64,000 nt of DNA, taken from positions 14,735-78,734 of the forward strand of contig JAQVVM010000014.1 in assembly GCA_028698995.1 (NCBI GenBank), written 5' to 3'. The position numbers were made by a program, and so were the translations under genes. How positions within the stretch are numbered: the first letter of the stretch is position 1; the number at the start of each line of letters is the position of its first letter. Below are positions 18,226-27,804 of the stretch, one piece after another. This DNA is from Bacteroidales bacterium (GTDB lineage: Bacteria; Bacteroidota; Bacteroidia; Bacteroidales; PXBB01). The notes beneath the pieces were generated by a model. It made no database searches. It saw nothing but the letters and a program-made list of their open reading frames with translations, and was not told the origin of the DNA.

Positions 18226-19767
18226 TTAATCTGATTTAGTGAATTTAATTTTCTTAAAAATATTAAACATGTCGTTTCTAAAATCTTTTCCTACGCCAAA
18301 AAACCAACAAATGGAAACATTTATTATAAATGCAATTGGGAATATTAATATCAGATATATCCAGTTAGAAATTAAAAAATACTGACTTATTAGAACAGGT
18401 AAAATTAATAATATTACACTGATTACGATTTTCTTAGCGAGGTCAATATAATTGTTACGGCTATGATCATTAATACTTTTCTTTATAATTATAGGGTAAC
18501 TGACAGTCATTACAAGTCTCCCTGCAATGATACTTAAGCATAAACCAATAATTTCATATTTTGGTACTAAAATAAGAGCCAACAGAATGGTAATTATCAC
18601 TGACGTAAATGCAAAATATACTTTATTTTGAATTTTCAAAGTAAGATTAATCAGTTCAGAATCATTAACAATAAACAGATATTGTATTAAAATAACAACT
18701 ATTAAAAAATTGGCTAGTAAACCTGCAAATTGATTATCTCTGATCCACAAACCGATAAATGATTTATTAATCAACAATAAGGAAGCACCTAGAGAAATTC
18801 CCAACAACCAGGTTAGGGTGTTAATATAAGCACGTGTTTTTATAAGCTTGTCAAACTCTTTTTTTCCAAACATACTTCCTGCACCGGGAATAATACCTAA
18901 TACTACAGAAGAAATCAAACCTTCTATTGATTGAGTAGTAAATCTGGTTATTGCGTAAACAGAAACAGTAGCAGGTCCAACTAGATAGCCTAAAATAATT
19001 TTATCAGAATTATACAACAAGGTTTTAATTCCTGTCCATGCGATAAACCACCCACTTATCTTACTAAAACTAATAATACTTTTAAAATTGGTTTTTCCGA
19101 AACCGTACCAACCAACATTTTTTTTAACAGCAAAATACAATGCAAAACCAGTGGCTAAAACAACAAATATCTGAACGACTGCCAATCCTATCAACCCCAA
19201 TCCAAAATACAAGGTTAAAATTTGTAGTCCACCCCCAATAAGGATTATTAAAGCCCGAAATCCCATCCTTTTGTATATCATATTCATTCCTTTGAGAATA
19301 GCCTCAAAGAGATCAAATACTTTAGTGATGATTACCGATAGAACCATAAATGAACAAGTGATTCGTATGATGGTATGGTATTCTGGCGGTGCATTAATTA
19401 TTGTTGGTGAAAACCATGTAAGTATGCCCCCTATAATCAAGACAATTGGTAAGATAAATGCGGTCACAAGGAAAGCAGTTGTCAAATCATTTCTCAATTC
19501 ATCCTGTTCGGCAACTTCTCTTTTATTAGCAATTGTCCATTTAAGAACGGTAGTCGCTTTTGCATCTGTTAATTGTGCATATCCTGCCATCTGCCTTATA
19601 GTTTCCCACATACCAAATGCTGTACTGCCTAAACCATTGACAATAAAAGGACTTACAATAAAGCCAGAAATTAATTTCGCACCAAAATCAATAAGTGATG
19701 TCAGGGAATTAAGATAAGCCCGTTGCTTAATATTTTCTTTTTTCTTATCAATCTTGTTTTCTGTCAT
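18226..19767 (-). CDS. Wzx-like polysaccharide flippase (MOP superfamily)
   Basis: 513 aa with about 12-14 TM segments. The N-terminal region resembles Polysacc_synt proteins, and the gene sits in a capsule locus. Confidence 0.7.
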   Translation of the reverse strand: MTENKIDKKKENIKQRAYLNSLTSLIDFGAKLISGFIVSPFIVNGLGSTAFGMWETIRQMAGYAQLTDAKATTVLKWTIANKREVAEQDELRNDLTTAFLVTAFILPIVLIIGGILTWFSPTIINAPPEYHTIIRITCSFMVLSVIITKVFDLFEAILKGMNMIYKRMGFRALIILIGGGLQILTLYFGLGLIGLAVVQIFVVLATGFALYFAVKKNVGWYGFGKTNFKSIISFSKISGWFIAWTGIKTLLYNSDKIILGYLVGPATVSVYAITRFTTQSIEGLISSVVLGIIPGAGSMFGKKEFDKLIKTRAYINTLTWLLGISLGASLLLINKSFIGLWIRDNQFAGLLANFLIVVILIQYLFIVNDSELINLTLKIQNKVYFAFTSVIITILLALILVPKYEIIGLCLSIIAGRLVMTVSYPIIIKKSINDHSRNNYIDLAKKIVISVILLILPVLISQYFLISNWIYLILIFPIAFIINVSICWFFGVGKDFRNDMFNIFKKIKFTKSD

Positions 19768-19833
19768 TCAAAAGTTCATCATTAAAATAACATTTACTTA
19801 AAGGTAACCTATAAAATAAATGAATCTTGGGTA

Positions 19834-19841
19834 CAAAATTA
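19834..19841 (-). promoter_or_regulatory. candidate internal -7 box (TAATTTTG) upstream of wzx
   Basis: Plus-strand CAAAATTA, 67 nt upstream of the 19767 start, inside the only large (268-bp) gap of the locus. No convincing -33 element. Confidence 0.25.
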
Positions 19842-20035
19842 TAATATATTATATAAATTAACATTGAAACAACTATCTTCTCTCATGTGCAAAATAATGT
19901 AATGTCAGAGATTTATCAATTTTAACATTTCCCACAATTAACAATTTACTGTTTTCCAAACTTTTGGGAGAACACCCATGTTTTTATTATTAAATCCGAT
20001 AAAAGAAACTTTATGGGTATTTCATAATGGAAATT

Positions 20036-20917
20036 CTAATGTTTTTTAATTAAAATTTTTCTTAGATAATCAGCATAGCTGCTTTTCCCAAGAGCCTCAA
20101 TATTTCTCTTTAAGGTGTTGTCGTCAATATAGTCCATTTTATGTGCAACTTCCTCAACACATGCAATTTTAAGGCTTGTTCGTTTCTCAATAGCTTTCAC
20201 AAATTCTGTAGCTTCACTTAAGGCTTCATGTGTGCCAGTGTCGAGCCAAGCAAAACCACGACTTAGAATTTGAAGTTTTAGTTGTTTTCTGACAAGGTAT
20301 TCTTCATTAACTGATGTTATTTCCAGTTCTCCCCTGGCAGAGGGTTTTATATTTTTAGCAATTTCAACAACACTGTTTGGAAAAAAATACAAACCCACAA
20401 CAGCATAATTGCTTTTAGGATTCTTTGGTTTCTCGACAATACTCAAAACATTAGCTTCATCATCAATTTCAGCTACACCATAACGTTCAGGGTCTTCAAC
20501 ATAATAACCAAAAATGACTGCTTTATTTTCGTTTTCCACAATCCTAACACTTTCCCTTAGAATGTTCTGAAAACCTGCACCATAGAAGATATTATCCCCA
20601 AGGACCAAACAAACCTCATCATTCCCTATAAATTCTTCTCCAAGGATAAAAGCCTGAGCCAGTCCATCCGGTGATGGCTGTTCAATATAACTGAATTTTA
20701 GACCTAATTGGCTTCCATCACCCAACAATTTCCTAAAGCTAGGAAGGTCGTGTGGTGTTGAAATTATCAGTATTTCCCTAACTCCAGCCAACATTAGAAC
20801 AGAAAGAGGATAGTAAATCATGGGTTTATCATATACCGGCAAAAGTTGTTTTGATACCACTTTAGTTATTGGGTGGAGACGTGTACCGGCACCACCTGCG
20901 AGAATTATTCCTTTCAT
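20036..20917 (-). CDS. rfbA: glucose-1-phosphate thymidylyltransferase
   Basis: MKGIILAGGAGTRLHPITKVVSKQLLPVYDKPMIYYPLSVLMLAGVREILIISTP, and the rest of the protein, is near-canonical RmlA/RfbA. Confidence 0.9.
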   Translation of the reverse strand: MKGIILAGGAGTRLHPITKVVSKQLLPVYDKPMIYYPLSVLMLAGVREILIISTPHDLPSFRKLLGDGSQLGLKFSYIEQPSPDGLAQAFILGEEFIGNDEVCLVLGDNIFYGAGFQNILRESVRIVENENKAVIFGYYVEDPERYGVAEIDDEANVLSIVEKPKNPKSNYAVVGLYFFPNSVVEIAKNIKPSARGELEITSVNEEYLVRKQLKLQILSRGFAWLDTGTHEALSEATEFVKAIEKRTSLKIACVEEVAHKMDYIDDNTLKRNIEALGKSSYADYLRKILIKKH

Positions 20918-20962
20918 GTATTTTATATTAAATTATTATATAAATTAAATACTACTTAACAT

Positions 20963-22093
20963 TTAATTGTTTAAATACCAATTGTACATTTTCTTAACCC
21001 CCTCATCAATTTCAATCTTATGTTTCCATCCTAACTGGTTTAACTTCGAAGGGTCGGTAAGTTTACGCATTGTTCCATCCGGTTTAGCTGAATTGAAACT
21101 CAGTTCACCCTTAAAACCTATTGTATCCTTAATTAAATGAGCCAGATTATAAATTGATATCTCTTTACCTGTACCTATATTGATATGGGTATTACGTATT
21201 TCCCCTGAGGTTCCACTTGCTTGAACTTCGCTCAAACCACTCTTGTTAATTTCATTAAGGTCAGAAAAATCTACATTCTCCATGACGAACACACAAGCAT
21301 CGGCCATTTCTTCAGACCACAGAAACTCGCGCATGGGTTTGCCGGTGCCCCAGATTTCTATTGAGGCTGAAAAGGAAGGGTATGAAAGTAAATTAATACC
21401 ATATTTTAAAAATATTTTGAGAATTTCCGCATCATTATTATTCCCGGAAATACCTTCAATGGGGCGTTTGTTTAAATCTTTTCGAATAGCAGTCCAATTA
21501 TTATCTTCAATGCATTTACCCAAATAAATTTTTCGTATTAGGGCAGGTAAAACATGTGATTTTTCAAGGTCAAAATTATCGTTAGGGCCATAAAGATTTG
21601 TTGGCATAACGGATAAAAAGTTAGTTCCATATTGAATATTATAACTCTCACACATTTTTATACCGGCAATTTTTGCTACAGCATAAGGCTCATTTGTATA
21701 TTCAAGAGGGCTTGTCAGCAGATACTCTTCTTTCATAGGCTGGGGACATTCGCGAGGATATATGCATGTACTCCCCAGAAACAAAAGTTTTTTCACACCA
21801 CATACATAAGATTGATGGATAAGATTATTCTGAATCATCAAGTTCTCATAAATGAACTGAGCCCGATATGTATTATTTGCAACAATGCCTCCAACTTTTG
21901 CAGCAGCAATAAATACATAAGAAGGTTTCTCATCATTGAAAAATGCTTCAACAGCTTTCTGATCCATCAGATCAAGTTCCTCTATTGTTTTCCCGATTAG
22001 ATTGGTATAGCCTTTTGATACTAAATTTTTCCATATTGCTGAACCAACGAGACCTGTGTGACCAGCCACATATATTTTGGCATTTTTTTCCAT
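20963..22093 (-). CDS. fcl: GDP-L-fucose synthase
   Basis: IYVAGHTGLVGSA, AAAKVGGI, GSTCIYP, YAVAKIAG and NLYGPNDNF are the typical Fcl (GDP-4-keto-6-deoxymannose epimerase/reductase) motifs. The gene lies directly downstream of gmd. Confidence 0.85.
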   Translation of the reverse strand: MEKNAKIYVAGHTGLVGSAIWKNLVSKGYTNLIGKTIEELDLMDQKAVEAFFNDEKPSYVFIAAAKVGGIVANNTYRAQFIYENLMIQNNLIHQSYVCGVKKLLFLGSTCIYPRECPQPMKEEYLLTSPLEYTNEPYAVAKIAGIKMCESYNIQYGTNFLSVMPTNLYGPNDNFDLEKSHVLPALIRKIYLGKCIEDNNWTAIRKDLNKRPIEGISGNNNDAEILKIFLKYGINLLSYPSFSASIEIWGTGKPMREFLWSEEMADACVFVMENVDFSDLNEINKSGLSEVQASGTSGEIRNTHINIGTGKEISIYNLAHLIKDTIGFKGELSFNSAKPDGTMRKLTDPSKLNQLGWKHKIEIDEGVKKMYNWYLNN

Positions 22094-22128
22094 TATAACA
22101 ATTTATTTGTATTTAGATTTCGATTTTA

Positions 22129-22172
22129 AGCATTTTCAAAATTTTAAAAACCAAATTCAGCTTGAAAATGCT
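22129..22172. other. perfect 11-bp inverted repeat between gmd and fcl
   Basis: AGCATTTTCAA (22129-22139) pairs with TTGAAAATGCT (22162-22172), with a 22-nt loop. No T-run follows on either strand. Confidence 0.5.
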
Positions 22173-22291
22173 GAAACAAAAACCAGTTTATTATCAATGA
22201 TTCTCAAAAAATATTGCATAAATCATATCGAAGTTTTTGTTTTAAAAACAATTGTTCAATTTATGAAACTCCTGTTAGATAATTCGGTTAA

Positions 22292-23338
22292 TCAAATTGA
22301 ATTATTTCTTTTAATGGCTTTTTTATAATCGGCATTAACCATGACTTTAACCAATTCTTTAAAAGTTGTTTTGGGTTCCCATCCAAGTATCTTTTTTGCC
22401 TTTGCATAGTCTCCTATCAGCAAATCAACTTCTGTTGGTCTGAAATAGCGAGGGTTAATCCCAACAACCTGTTTACCATTAGATTTAAGAATACCAATTT
22501 CGTTAACACCTTTGCCCTTCCAAATTACTTCTTCACCAAAAACGCCAAAGGCTTCTTCAATAAACTCGCGCACAGTATGTGTTTCATTGGTTGCCAGAAC
22601 AAAGTCTTCAGGTTTTTCGGCCTGAAGCATACGCCACATCCCCTCCACATATTCAGGTGCATAACCCCAATCTCGTTTGGCTTCCAAATTACCCAATAAA
22701 ATTACTTCATGTTTTCCTGACATAATATTAGCTACACCAACACTGATTTTTCTGGTAACAAATGTTTTCCCTCTCCGTTCGCTTTCGTGATTAAACAAAA
22801 TGCCATTACAGGCAAATAAGTTATAGGCTTCTCTGTAATTAACAACAATCCAATAGGCATATAATTTTGCAACAGCATAAGGACTTCTGGGATAAAAGGG
22901 TGTTTTCTCATTCTGGGGCACTTCTTGTACCAAACCATAAAGTTCTGAAGTTGAAGCTTGATAAAAGCGCGTTTTAAGACCATTTTCCTTAATTGCATCA
23001 AGAAATCTCAAAGTACCAATCCCATCAACCTCAGCAGTATATTCCGGCACTTCAAAAGAAACCTGAACATGGCTCTGAGCTCCCAGATTATAAATTTCAT
23101 CCGGTTGTGTGCTTTCAACCAACCTGTTTAAATTACTTGAGTCGTTTAAATCCCCATAATGGAGAAACAGTCTATTATTGAGAATATCTTTATCATTATA
23201 CAAGTGATCAATTCGAAATGTGTTAAAAGAGCTTGAACGTCTTATGATGCCATGGACAATATAATCTTTTTGAAGCAGTAGTTCTGCAAGATAACTACCG
23301 TCCTGTCCTGTAATTCCTGTGATGAGCGCTGTTTTCAT
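22292..23338 (-). CDS. gmd: GDP-mannose 4,6-dehydratase
   Basis: [22 protein letters not shown]...[40 protein letters not shown]. Canonical Gmd. Confidence 0.92.
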   Translation of the reverse strand: MKTALITGITGQDGSYLAELLLQKDYIVHGIIRRSSSFNTFRIDHLYNDKDILNNRLFLHYGDLNDSSNLNRLVESTQPDEIYNLGAQSHVQVSFEVPEYTAEVDGIGTLRFLDAIKENGLKTRFYQASTSELYGLVQEVPQNEKTPFYPRSPYAVAKLYAYWIVVNYREAYNLFACNGILFNHESERRGKTFVTRKISVGVANIMSGKHEVILLGNLEAKRDWGYAPEYVEGMWRMLQAEKPEDFVLATNETHTVREFIEEAFGVFGEEVIWKGKGVNEIGILKSNGKQVVGINPRYFRPTEVDLLIGDYAKAKKILGWEPKTTFKELVKVMVNADYKKAIKRNNSI

Positions 23339-23412
23339 TTGGTAAATTTATATTAATTAAAAAGATTTAGGACTCGAAAAAATGATTTTCTAAGGATTTA
23401 ATAAATGATCCC

Positions 23413-24402
23413 TTACATATGTTTTACATACCACTCCACAGTTTTCTTAATGCCCTCACGGAGATTGAACTGTGGTTGGTAATTCAAAAATTTTTGTGCT
23501 TTAAAAATGGATGCTTGCGAATGTGGAATATCTCCCTGTCGGACAGCACTGTAAATCGGATTGATATTTTTTATCTGATTGTCGAAAGTTGACAAATTCT
23601 GAATTAACAATTCATACAAGGTATTAATTGTATTTCTTTCTCCGGCAGCAACATTGTAAACCTGATTCAAAGCTTCAGGATTGTCTGACATTGCAGCCAG
23701 TTGATTGATCTGAATGACATCATCCAAATAGGTAAAATCTCTTGAAAATGAGCCGTCCCCATTAATAATTGGTGATTCATGTTTTAATAGTGCGCTTATG
23801 AATTTTGGAATAACTGCTGCATAAGTACTGAATGGGTCTTGACGTTTACCATAAACATTAAAATACCTCAATCCGATTAGTTTCATCCCATAAGTATTAG
23901 AAAACACTTTTGCATACAATTCATTTGCTGTTTTTGTAAGTCCATAAGGAGAAACGGGGTTGCCAATCCTATCCTCAACTTTGGGCAAACCATCTGCATC
24001 ACCATAGACTGATGAACTAGAAGCATACACAATTCTTTCAACACCTGAATCTTTAGCAGCACACAAAATATTTAAAAAACCATCAATATTAATCGCATTT
24101 GTGGTAACGGGGTCTTTTATTGATCTGGGAATTGAGCCTAAAGCAGCCTGATGCAGTACAATTTCTACATTTTTAACTGCCAATTGGCAATCAACAATAT
24201 TTCTAATGTCGCCCTCAATGAGTTTGAAATTATTATAATCCAACAGCTGTGCAATATTTTCTTTTTTCCCTGTTATAAAATTGTCCAGGCAAACAACCTC
24301 ATTATTTTGATTTACAAGGGTTTCGCATATTCCTGAACCTATAAATCCGGCTCCACCTGTTACAAGGATTTTTTTATTGAAGATCTTACTCTTTTCAGTC
24401 AT
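23413..24402 (-). CDS. WbpP/TviC-like UDP-GlcNAc (UDP-HexNAc) C4-epimerase
   Basis: Long collinear similarity to WbpP as I recall it: LDNF.TG, GDIRN..DC, HQAALGS.PRSI.DP, NIDGFLN, SSSVYGD..GLPKVED, YAAVIPK, INGDG..SRDF. Confidence 0.8.
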   Translation of the reverse strand: MTEKSKIFNKKILVTGGAGFIGSGICETLVNQNNEVVCLDNFITGKKENIAQLLDYNNFKLIEGDIRNIVDCQLAVKNVEIVLHQAALGSIPRSIKDPVTTNAINIDGFLNILCAAKDSGVERIVYASSSSVYGDADGLPKVEDRIGNPVSPYGLTKTANELYAKVFSNTYGMKLIGLRYFNVYGKRQDPFSTYAAVIPKFISALLKHESPIINGDGSFSRDFTYLDDVIQINQLAAMSDNPEALNQVYNVAAGERNTINTLYELLIQNLSTFDNQIKNINPIYSAVRQGDIPHSQASIFKAQKFLNYQPQFNLREGIKKTVEWYVKHM

Positions 24403-24545
24403 TTTATCGAAATAATAATTAGGTAGTTAAAAATTGGAGTGTTTTTTTTGTAGAAAATAATTTTAAAATCTGCACAGCTTCGCCTTGTCAACTACATGTT
24501 TATTATTCTAAACATTTAATTAACAAGACGTTAACAATAAATAAA

Positions 24546-25040
24546 TTAGTTAAGATTCAGACTCTGAAAATCAACTAAAACAATTTTATTCAGGGATTCA
24601 ATTTCAATGGCAATATTTTTCTTCCCTCTGATTTCAACCAGCCTTCCGGATAACCCTTTAAAAGGACCCAATTTAATATTAATCAGTTTGCCACAATCCC
24701 TTATATTTTCCAATGTATTAATTGTAACATAATTGTTAAGCATTATCGATTGCCTGATGCCTTCAATAATTTCAGATCGAACAATGGCAGGCTTTCCCTC
24801 GTGATAAATGTACCTTACAATACCTTTACAATTTAGGACATTATTGTATTCTTTTTCATCTATATTCACAAAAAGGTATCCCGGGAAAAAAGGTTTTTCA
24901 ACCCATTTCTTTCTGTCAACCCATTGTACAAGTTCTTTGTTGAGAGGAAGAAAAACATCAATTCCATGAGATGCCAGAATTTCACAAGATTTCTTTTCAT
25001 GACGCGGTTTTGTGTAAACTACCAGCCATTGTTTTTTCAT
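24546..25040 (-). CDS. UpxY-family NusG-like transcription antiterminator
   Basis: WLVVYTKPRHEKK...GIDVFLP...QWVDRKK.VEKPFFPGYLFV, followed by a KOW-like C-terminus. It is the first gene of a long co-directional polysaccharide locus, as in Bacteroides capsule loci. Confidence 0.8.
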   Translation of the reverse strand: MKKQWLVVYTKPRHEKKSCEILASHGIDVFLPLNKELVQWVDRKKWVEKPFFPGYLFVNIDEKEYNNVLNCKGIVRYIYHEGKPAIVRSEIIEGIRQSIMLNNYVTINTLENIRDCGKLINIKLGPFKGLSGRLVEIRGKKNIAIEIESLNKIVLVDFQSLNLN

Positions 25041-25062
25041 AACTCAACCTTTAAAACTTCGG

Positions 25063-25070
25063 CAAATTTA
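25063..25070 (-). promoter_or_regulatory. candidate -7 box (TAAATTTG) for the UpxY-led locus
   Basis: Plus-strand CAAATTTA, 23 nt upstream of the 25040 start codon. No -33 TTTG at the expected spacing. Confidence 0.25.
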
Positions 25071-25159
25071 AGAAATAAATAAATCATAATTTGTTATTAT
25101 TTGGCCTTTTTCATGGCATGTTATTATTTTTGAACTTTATGATGTAATGTAAAGAATAT

Positions 25160-25167
25160 TAACTTTG
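25160..25167 (+). promoter_or_regulatory. candidate -7 box (TAACTTTG) for the TPR gene
   Basis: TAnnTTTG lies 23 nt upstream of the ATG at 25190. The nearest TTTG (25128-25131) is 28 nt away, which is longer than the usual 19-21 nt. Confidence 0.3.
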
Positions 25168-25189
25168 TACAGTTTAAAAAAATTCATGT

Positions 25190-26626
25190 ATGGTTTTTAA
25201 ATATAAGCATCTGTTTTTACTCATATTTTTCAGTGTTACCCATTATAATTTTTTACTCTCTCAAAACAATTCATTCTATTTAATGATTGAAAAATCGGAA
25301 GAACTGAGGGCAACTGACAGCGAGCAATCATCTGAATATGCAGCATTGGCAGTAGAAGCAGCAGACAACATGAATGACACACAAAAAAAGGCATTGGCAT
25401 ATAAGACACTTGCTTTTGCATTGTACTACAATGGAAACTATCAGGAAAGTTTAAGTTATTTCCAAACCGCATTGGAACAATATCAAAATATTCAGGATTC
25501 TTCAGGCTTATCTTCTTGTTATAATGGCATCGCAATCATTTACAGAGATTTAAACATATTCTCCGAATCAGAAAAATATTTCTTAAATGCACTTGAAATA
25601 GATACAAAGTTGGAAGATATTCATGGTCAAGCAATTATCATGAATAACCTTGGCACATTGTATCATTTACAGGAGCGCACAGTTCCTGCTTTATGGTATT
25701 ACATTAATTCTTTGAAAAAGGAAATAAAAATGAATAACAAACCGGGAATTGCCGACAGTTATTTGAATATGGCTGCAATTATGGAAGAAAATCAGTTATT
25801 TAATCAAGCTGACTTTTATTACCAGAAAGCAATGAATATTTATATTTCCGAAGGTGATTCAACAAGTTTAGGCAAGATTTACAACAACTTAGGCAACCTT
25901 TATATAAAATTTGACAAGTATCACAAGGCAATTGAGGCATTTCAGAATTCATTGACATTTAAAAGAAAAATCAATGATTATCAGGGTCAAATAACGACTT
26001 TGTTAAATATGGGCAATGCTTACCTCATTTTTTCAGACACTGTAAGAGCAAAAAAAGCTTATTTGGATGCTGTCAGATTAGACAATGAGATACAGGGAAC
26101 CGGAACGTACTTATTGACAGAAAACAATAATGTAGTTCAACCGCAAATGGATGATTTGTTCTTTTATTTCTTTAATTCAGACACTATTGATTATCGCTTC
26201 TATGATTTTACTGAACGTTTGTTTAACAGAGCCTACATTTATTATGTACTCAGTGATTATAAAAGTGCTTTACCATTTTTCATCAACAGTCTGGAACTGG
26301 CCGAATTTCAAGGCCACGAAAGAATGATTAAACAAAATTGTCTTTATCTTTTTAAAACATACAGTCAGCTGGAGGACTACAAATCTGCCGTGTTTTATGC
26401 TGAAAAATATATTTCAATCACTGATTCAGCCGACAAAACAATTCTTATTGATATTTTAAGTTACATGCCTCAATTTTCTGATGAAAGTAGAGAAGTACCT
26501 GATATAATTAATCCTGCTTTAGATAATGAAAACGGAAATGGGCTATCAGATTTTTGGTTTTATGCCACTGTTATACTTGGTATTTTAGCAGCCATTCAAT
26601 TTAAAATGAGAAAAAGAAAGTTCTAA
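25190..26626 (+). CDS. TPR-repeat protein with N-terminal signal and C-terminal TM anchor
   Basis: Repeated TPR-like units (YNGNYQESLSYFQTALE, LGNLYIKFDKYHKAIEAFQNSL, and others). The C-terminal hydrophobic segment FWFYATVILGILAAIQF is followed by KMRKRKF. Confidence 0.7.
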   Translation: MVFKYKHLFLLIFFSVTHYNFLLSQNNSFYLMIEKSEELRATDSEQSSEYAALAVEAADNMNDTQKKALAYKTLAFALYYNGNYQESLSYFQTALEQYQNIQDSSGLSSCYNGIAIIYRDLNIFSESEKYFLNALEIDTKLEDIHGQAIIMNNLGTLYHLQERTVPALWYYINSLKKEIKMNNKPGIADSYLNMAAIMEENQLFNQADFYYQKAMNIYISEGDSTSLGKIYNNLGNLYIKFDKYHKAIEAFQNSLTFKRKINDYQGQITTLLNMGNAYLIFSDTVRAKKAYLDAVRLDNEIQGTGTYLLTENNNVVQPQMDDLFFYFFNSDTIDYRFYDFTERLFNRAYIYYVLSDYKSALPFFINSLELAEFQGHERMIKQNCLYLFKTYSQLEDYKSAVFYAEKYISITDSADKTILIDILSYMPQFSDESREVPDIINPALDNENGNGLSDFWFYATVILGILAAIQFKMRKRKF

Positions 26627-27777
26627 TCTTTCTTTTTATTAATAAATTTAAAGTATATAATTCCTGTTAAGCCTATTAAGAATAAAATGGTAGATATTAT
26701 TTCTGCCTGGGTTATTTCAAAGCCCAAAATGTGATACACTTCGTTGACTCTGATTTTTTCAATAAAGAATCTTTCTGTGCCATTCATCACAAGATAGACT
26801 GAAAAAAGCAATCCATGGGTTTTGAATCTTTTTCGAATAGCCCATAAGATTAAGAAAAAAATGAAACAAATGGTTGTTTCGTAAAAAGCAGTGGGGAAAA
26901 CAGGATTTGGCAAAACAGAACAATATTTTCCAACGCATCCTTCAATTGGAATACCTTCATTAAGGACATTATTGGGAAAATTATAAGCCCACATCCAATC
27001 AGGTAAAAAGCTAAGCCATTCGGGTTTTGGCATCAGATTTTCAATGCCCCAATCCCCATCGCCTGAAACCTGGCAACCAATTCTGCCTATGGCATAGCCT
27101 AACATTACAGCCGGTGCAGCTGCATCAACGAGCACTTTTGGTGGAATCCCATTTTTCTTTCCGTACCATATTAATGTAATTGAACAAACAATCAGTCCCC
27201 CATAGAATGTAAGCCCACTGAATGAAATCAGCGCATCAACAGGATCCCTTAAAAATTCATCAATATTTTCAAGGTTATGAAATATTTTTGCACCTATAAT
27301 GCTTGCAATCACACCAATAACAATAATTGAAGAAGTTAGTTCATAAGGTTGTACTATTTCTTCAACCCATTTTGGTTTATCTAATTTATTTTTTTGTTTA
27401 TCGTGCCACGACAAATATACAGAAATAGCACATCCCAAAAGGCCTCCAATAAAATTACCTTCTGATGAAAGGATATATGACTGGGGGTCATCGTAGAAAT
27501 ATGTGTAATTAAGAATAATACCAAGTAGTTTGAATCCCAGTAGAAATCCAATTATACCTGCAATAATGAGTTCTTTGGGTTTAGCCTTTTCTCCAACGAG
27601 TACTTTTCTTTTTGAAGGTAGTAAAAGACCTTCTTTTGTTTTCCTTTTTAATTCAAGGTACAGAAAATAACCTGCAATTATGAAAGCAAGCGCTACAAAA
27701 AGGCCATAACTCTGTATAGGTATTGGAATTTGAACACCAAAAACATCATATATAAAATCGCTGACTCGTGGATACAT
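26623..27777 (-). CDS. lgt: prolipoprotein diacylglyceryl transferase-like protein
   Basis: Polytopic membrane protein. GRIGCQVSGDGDWG corresponds to the Lgt GRxGNFxNGE..G motif, and PTAFYETT corresponds to the HPSQLYE motif. It is longer than E. coli Lgt. Confidence 0.65.
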   Translation of the reverse strand: MYPRVSDFIYDVFGVQIPIPIQSYGLFVALAFIIAGYFLYLELKRKTKEGLLLPSKRKVLVGEKAKPKELIIAGIIGFLLGFKLLGIILNYTYFYDDPQSYILSSEGNFIGGLLGCAISVYLSWHDKQKNKLDKPKWVEEIVQPYELTSSIIVIGVIASIIGAKIFHNLENIDEFLRDPVDALISFSGLTFYGGLIVCSITLIWYGKKNGIPPKVLVDAAAPAVMLGYAIGRIGCQVSGDGDWGIENLMPKPEWLSFLPDWMWAYNFPNNVLNEGIPIEGCVGKYCSVLPNPVFPTAFYETTICFIFFLILWAIRKRFKTHGLLFSVYLVMNGTERFFIEKIRVNEVYHILGFEITQAEIISTILFLIGLTGIIYFKFINKKKD

Positions 27778-27804
27778 AGTATTTTTTAATGCAAAAGTAA
27801 AAAT

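Noticed and set aside
19271-19717. Long antisense ORFs in the track (also 3356-3688, 15770-16135, 16622-16903, 21243-21527, 21632-22000, 46535-46867, 57341-57637 and others)
   Set aside because: All lie entirely inside, and opposite to, longer ORFs with clear family motifs. Their translations are low-complexity or atypical. I treated them as shadow ORFs.
24403-24545. Looked for a UpxZ gene directly downstream of UpxY
   Set aside because: Only 143 bp are available and there is no ORF of suitable size.
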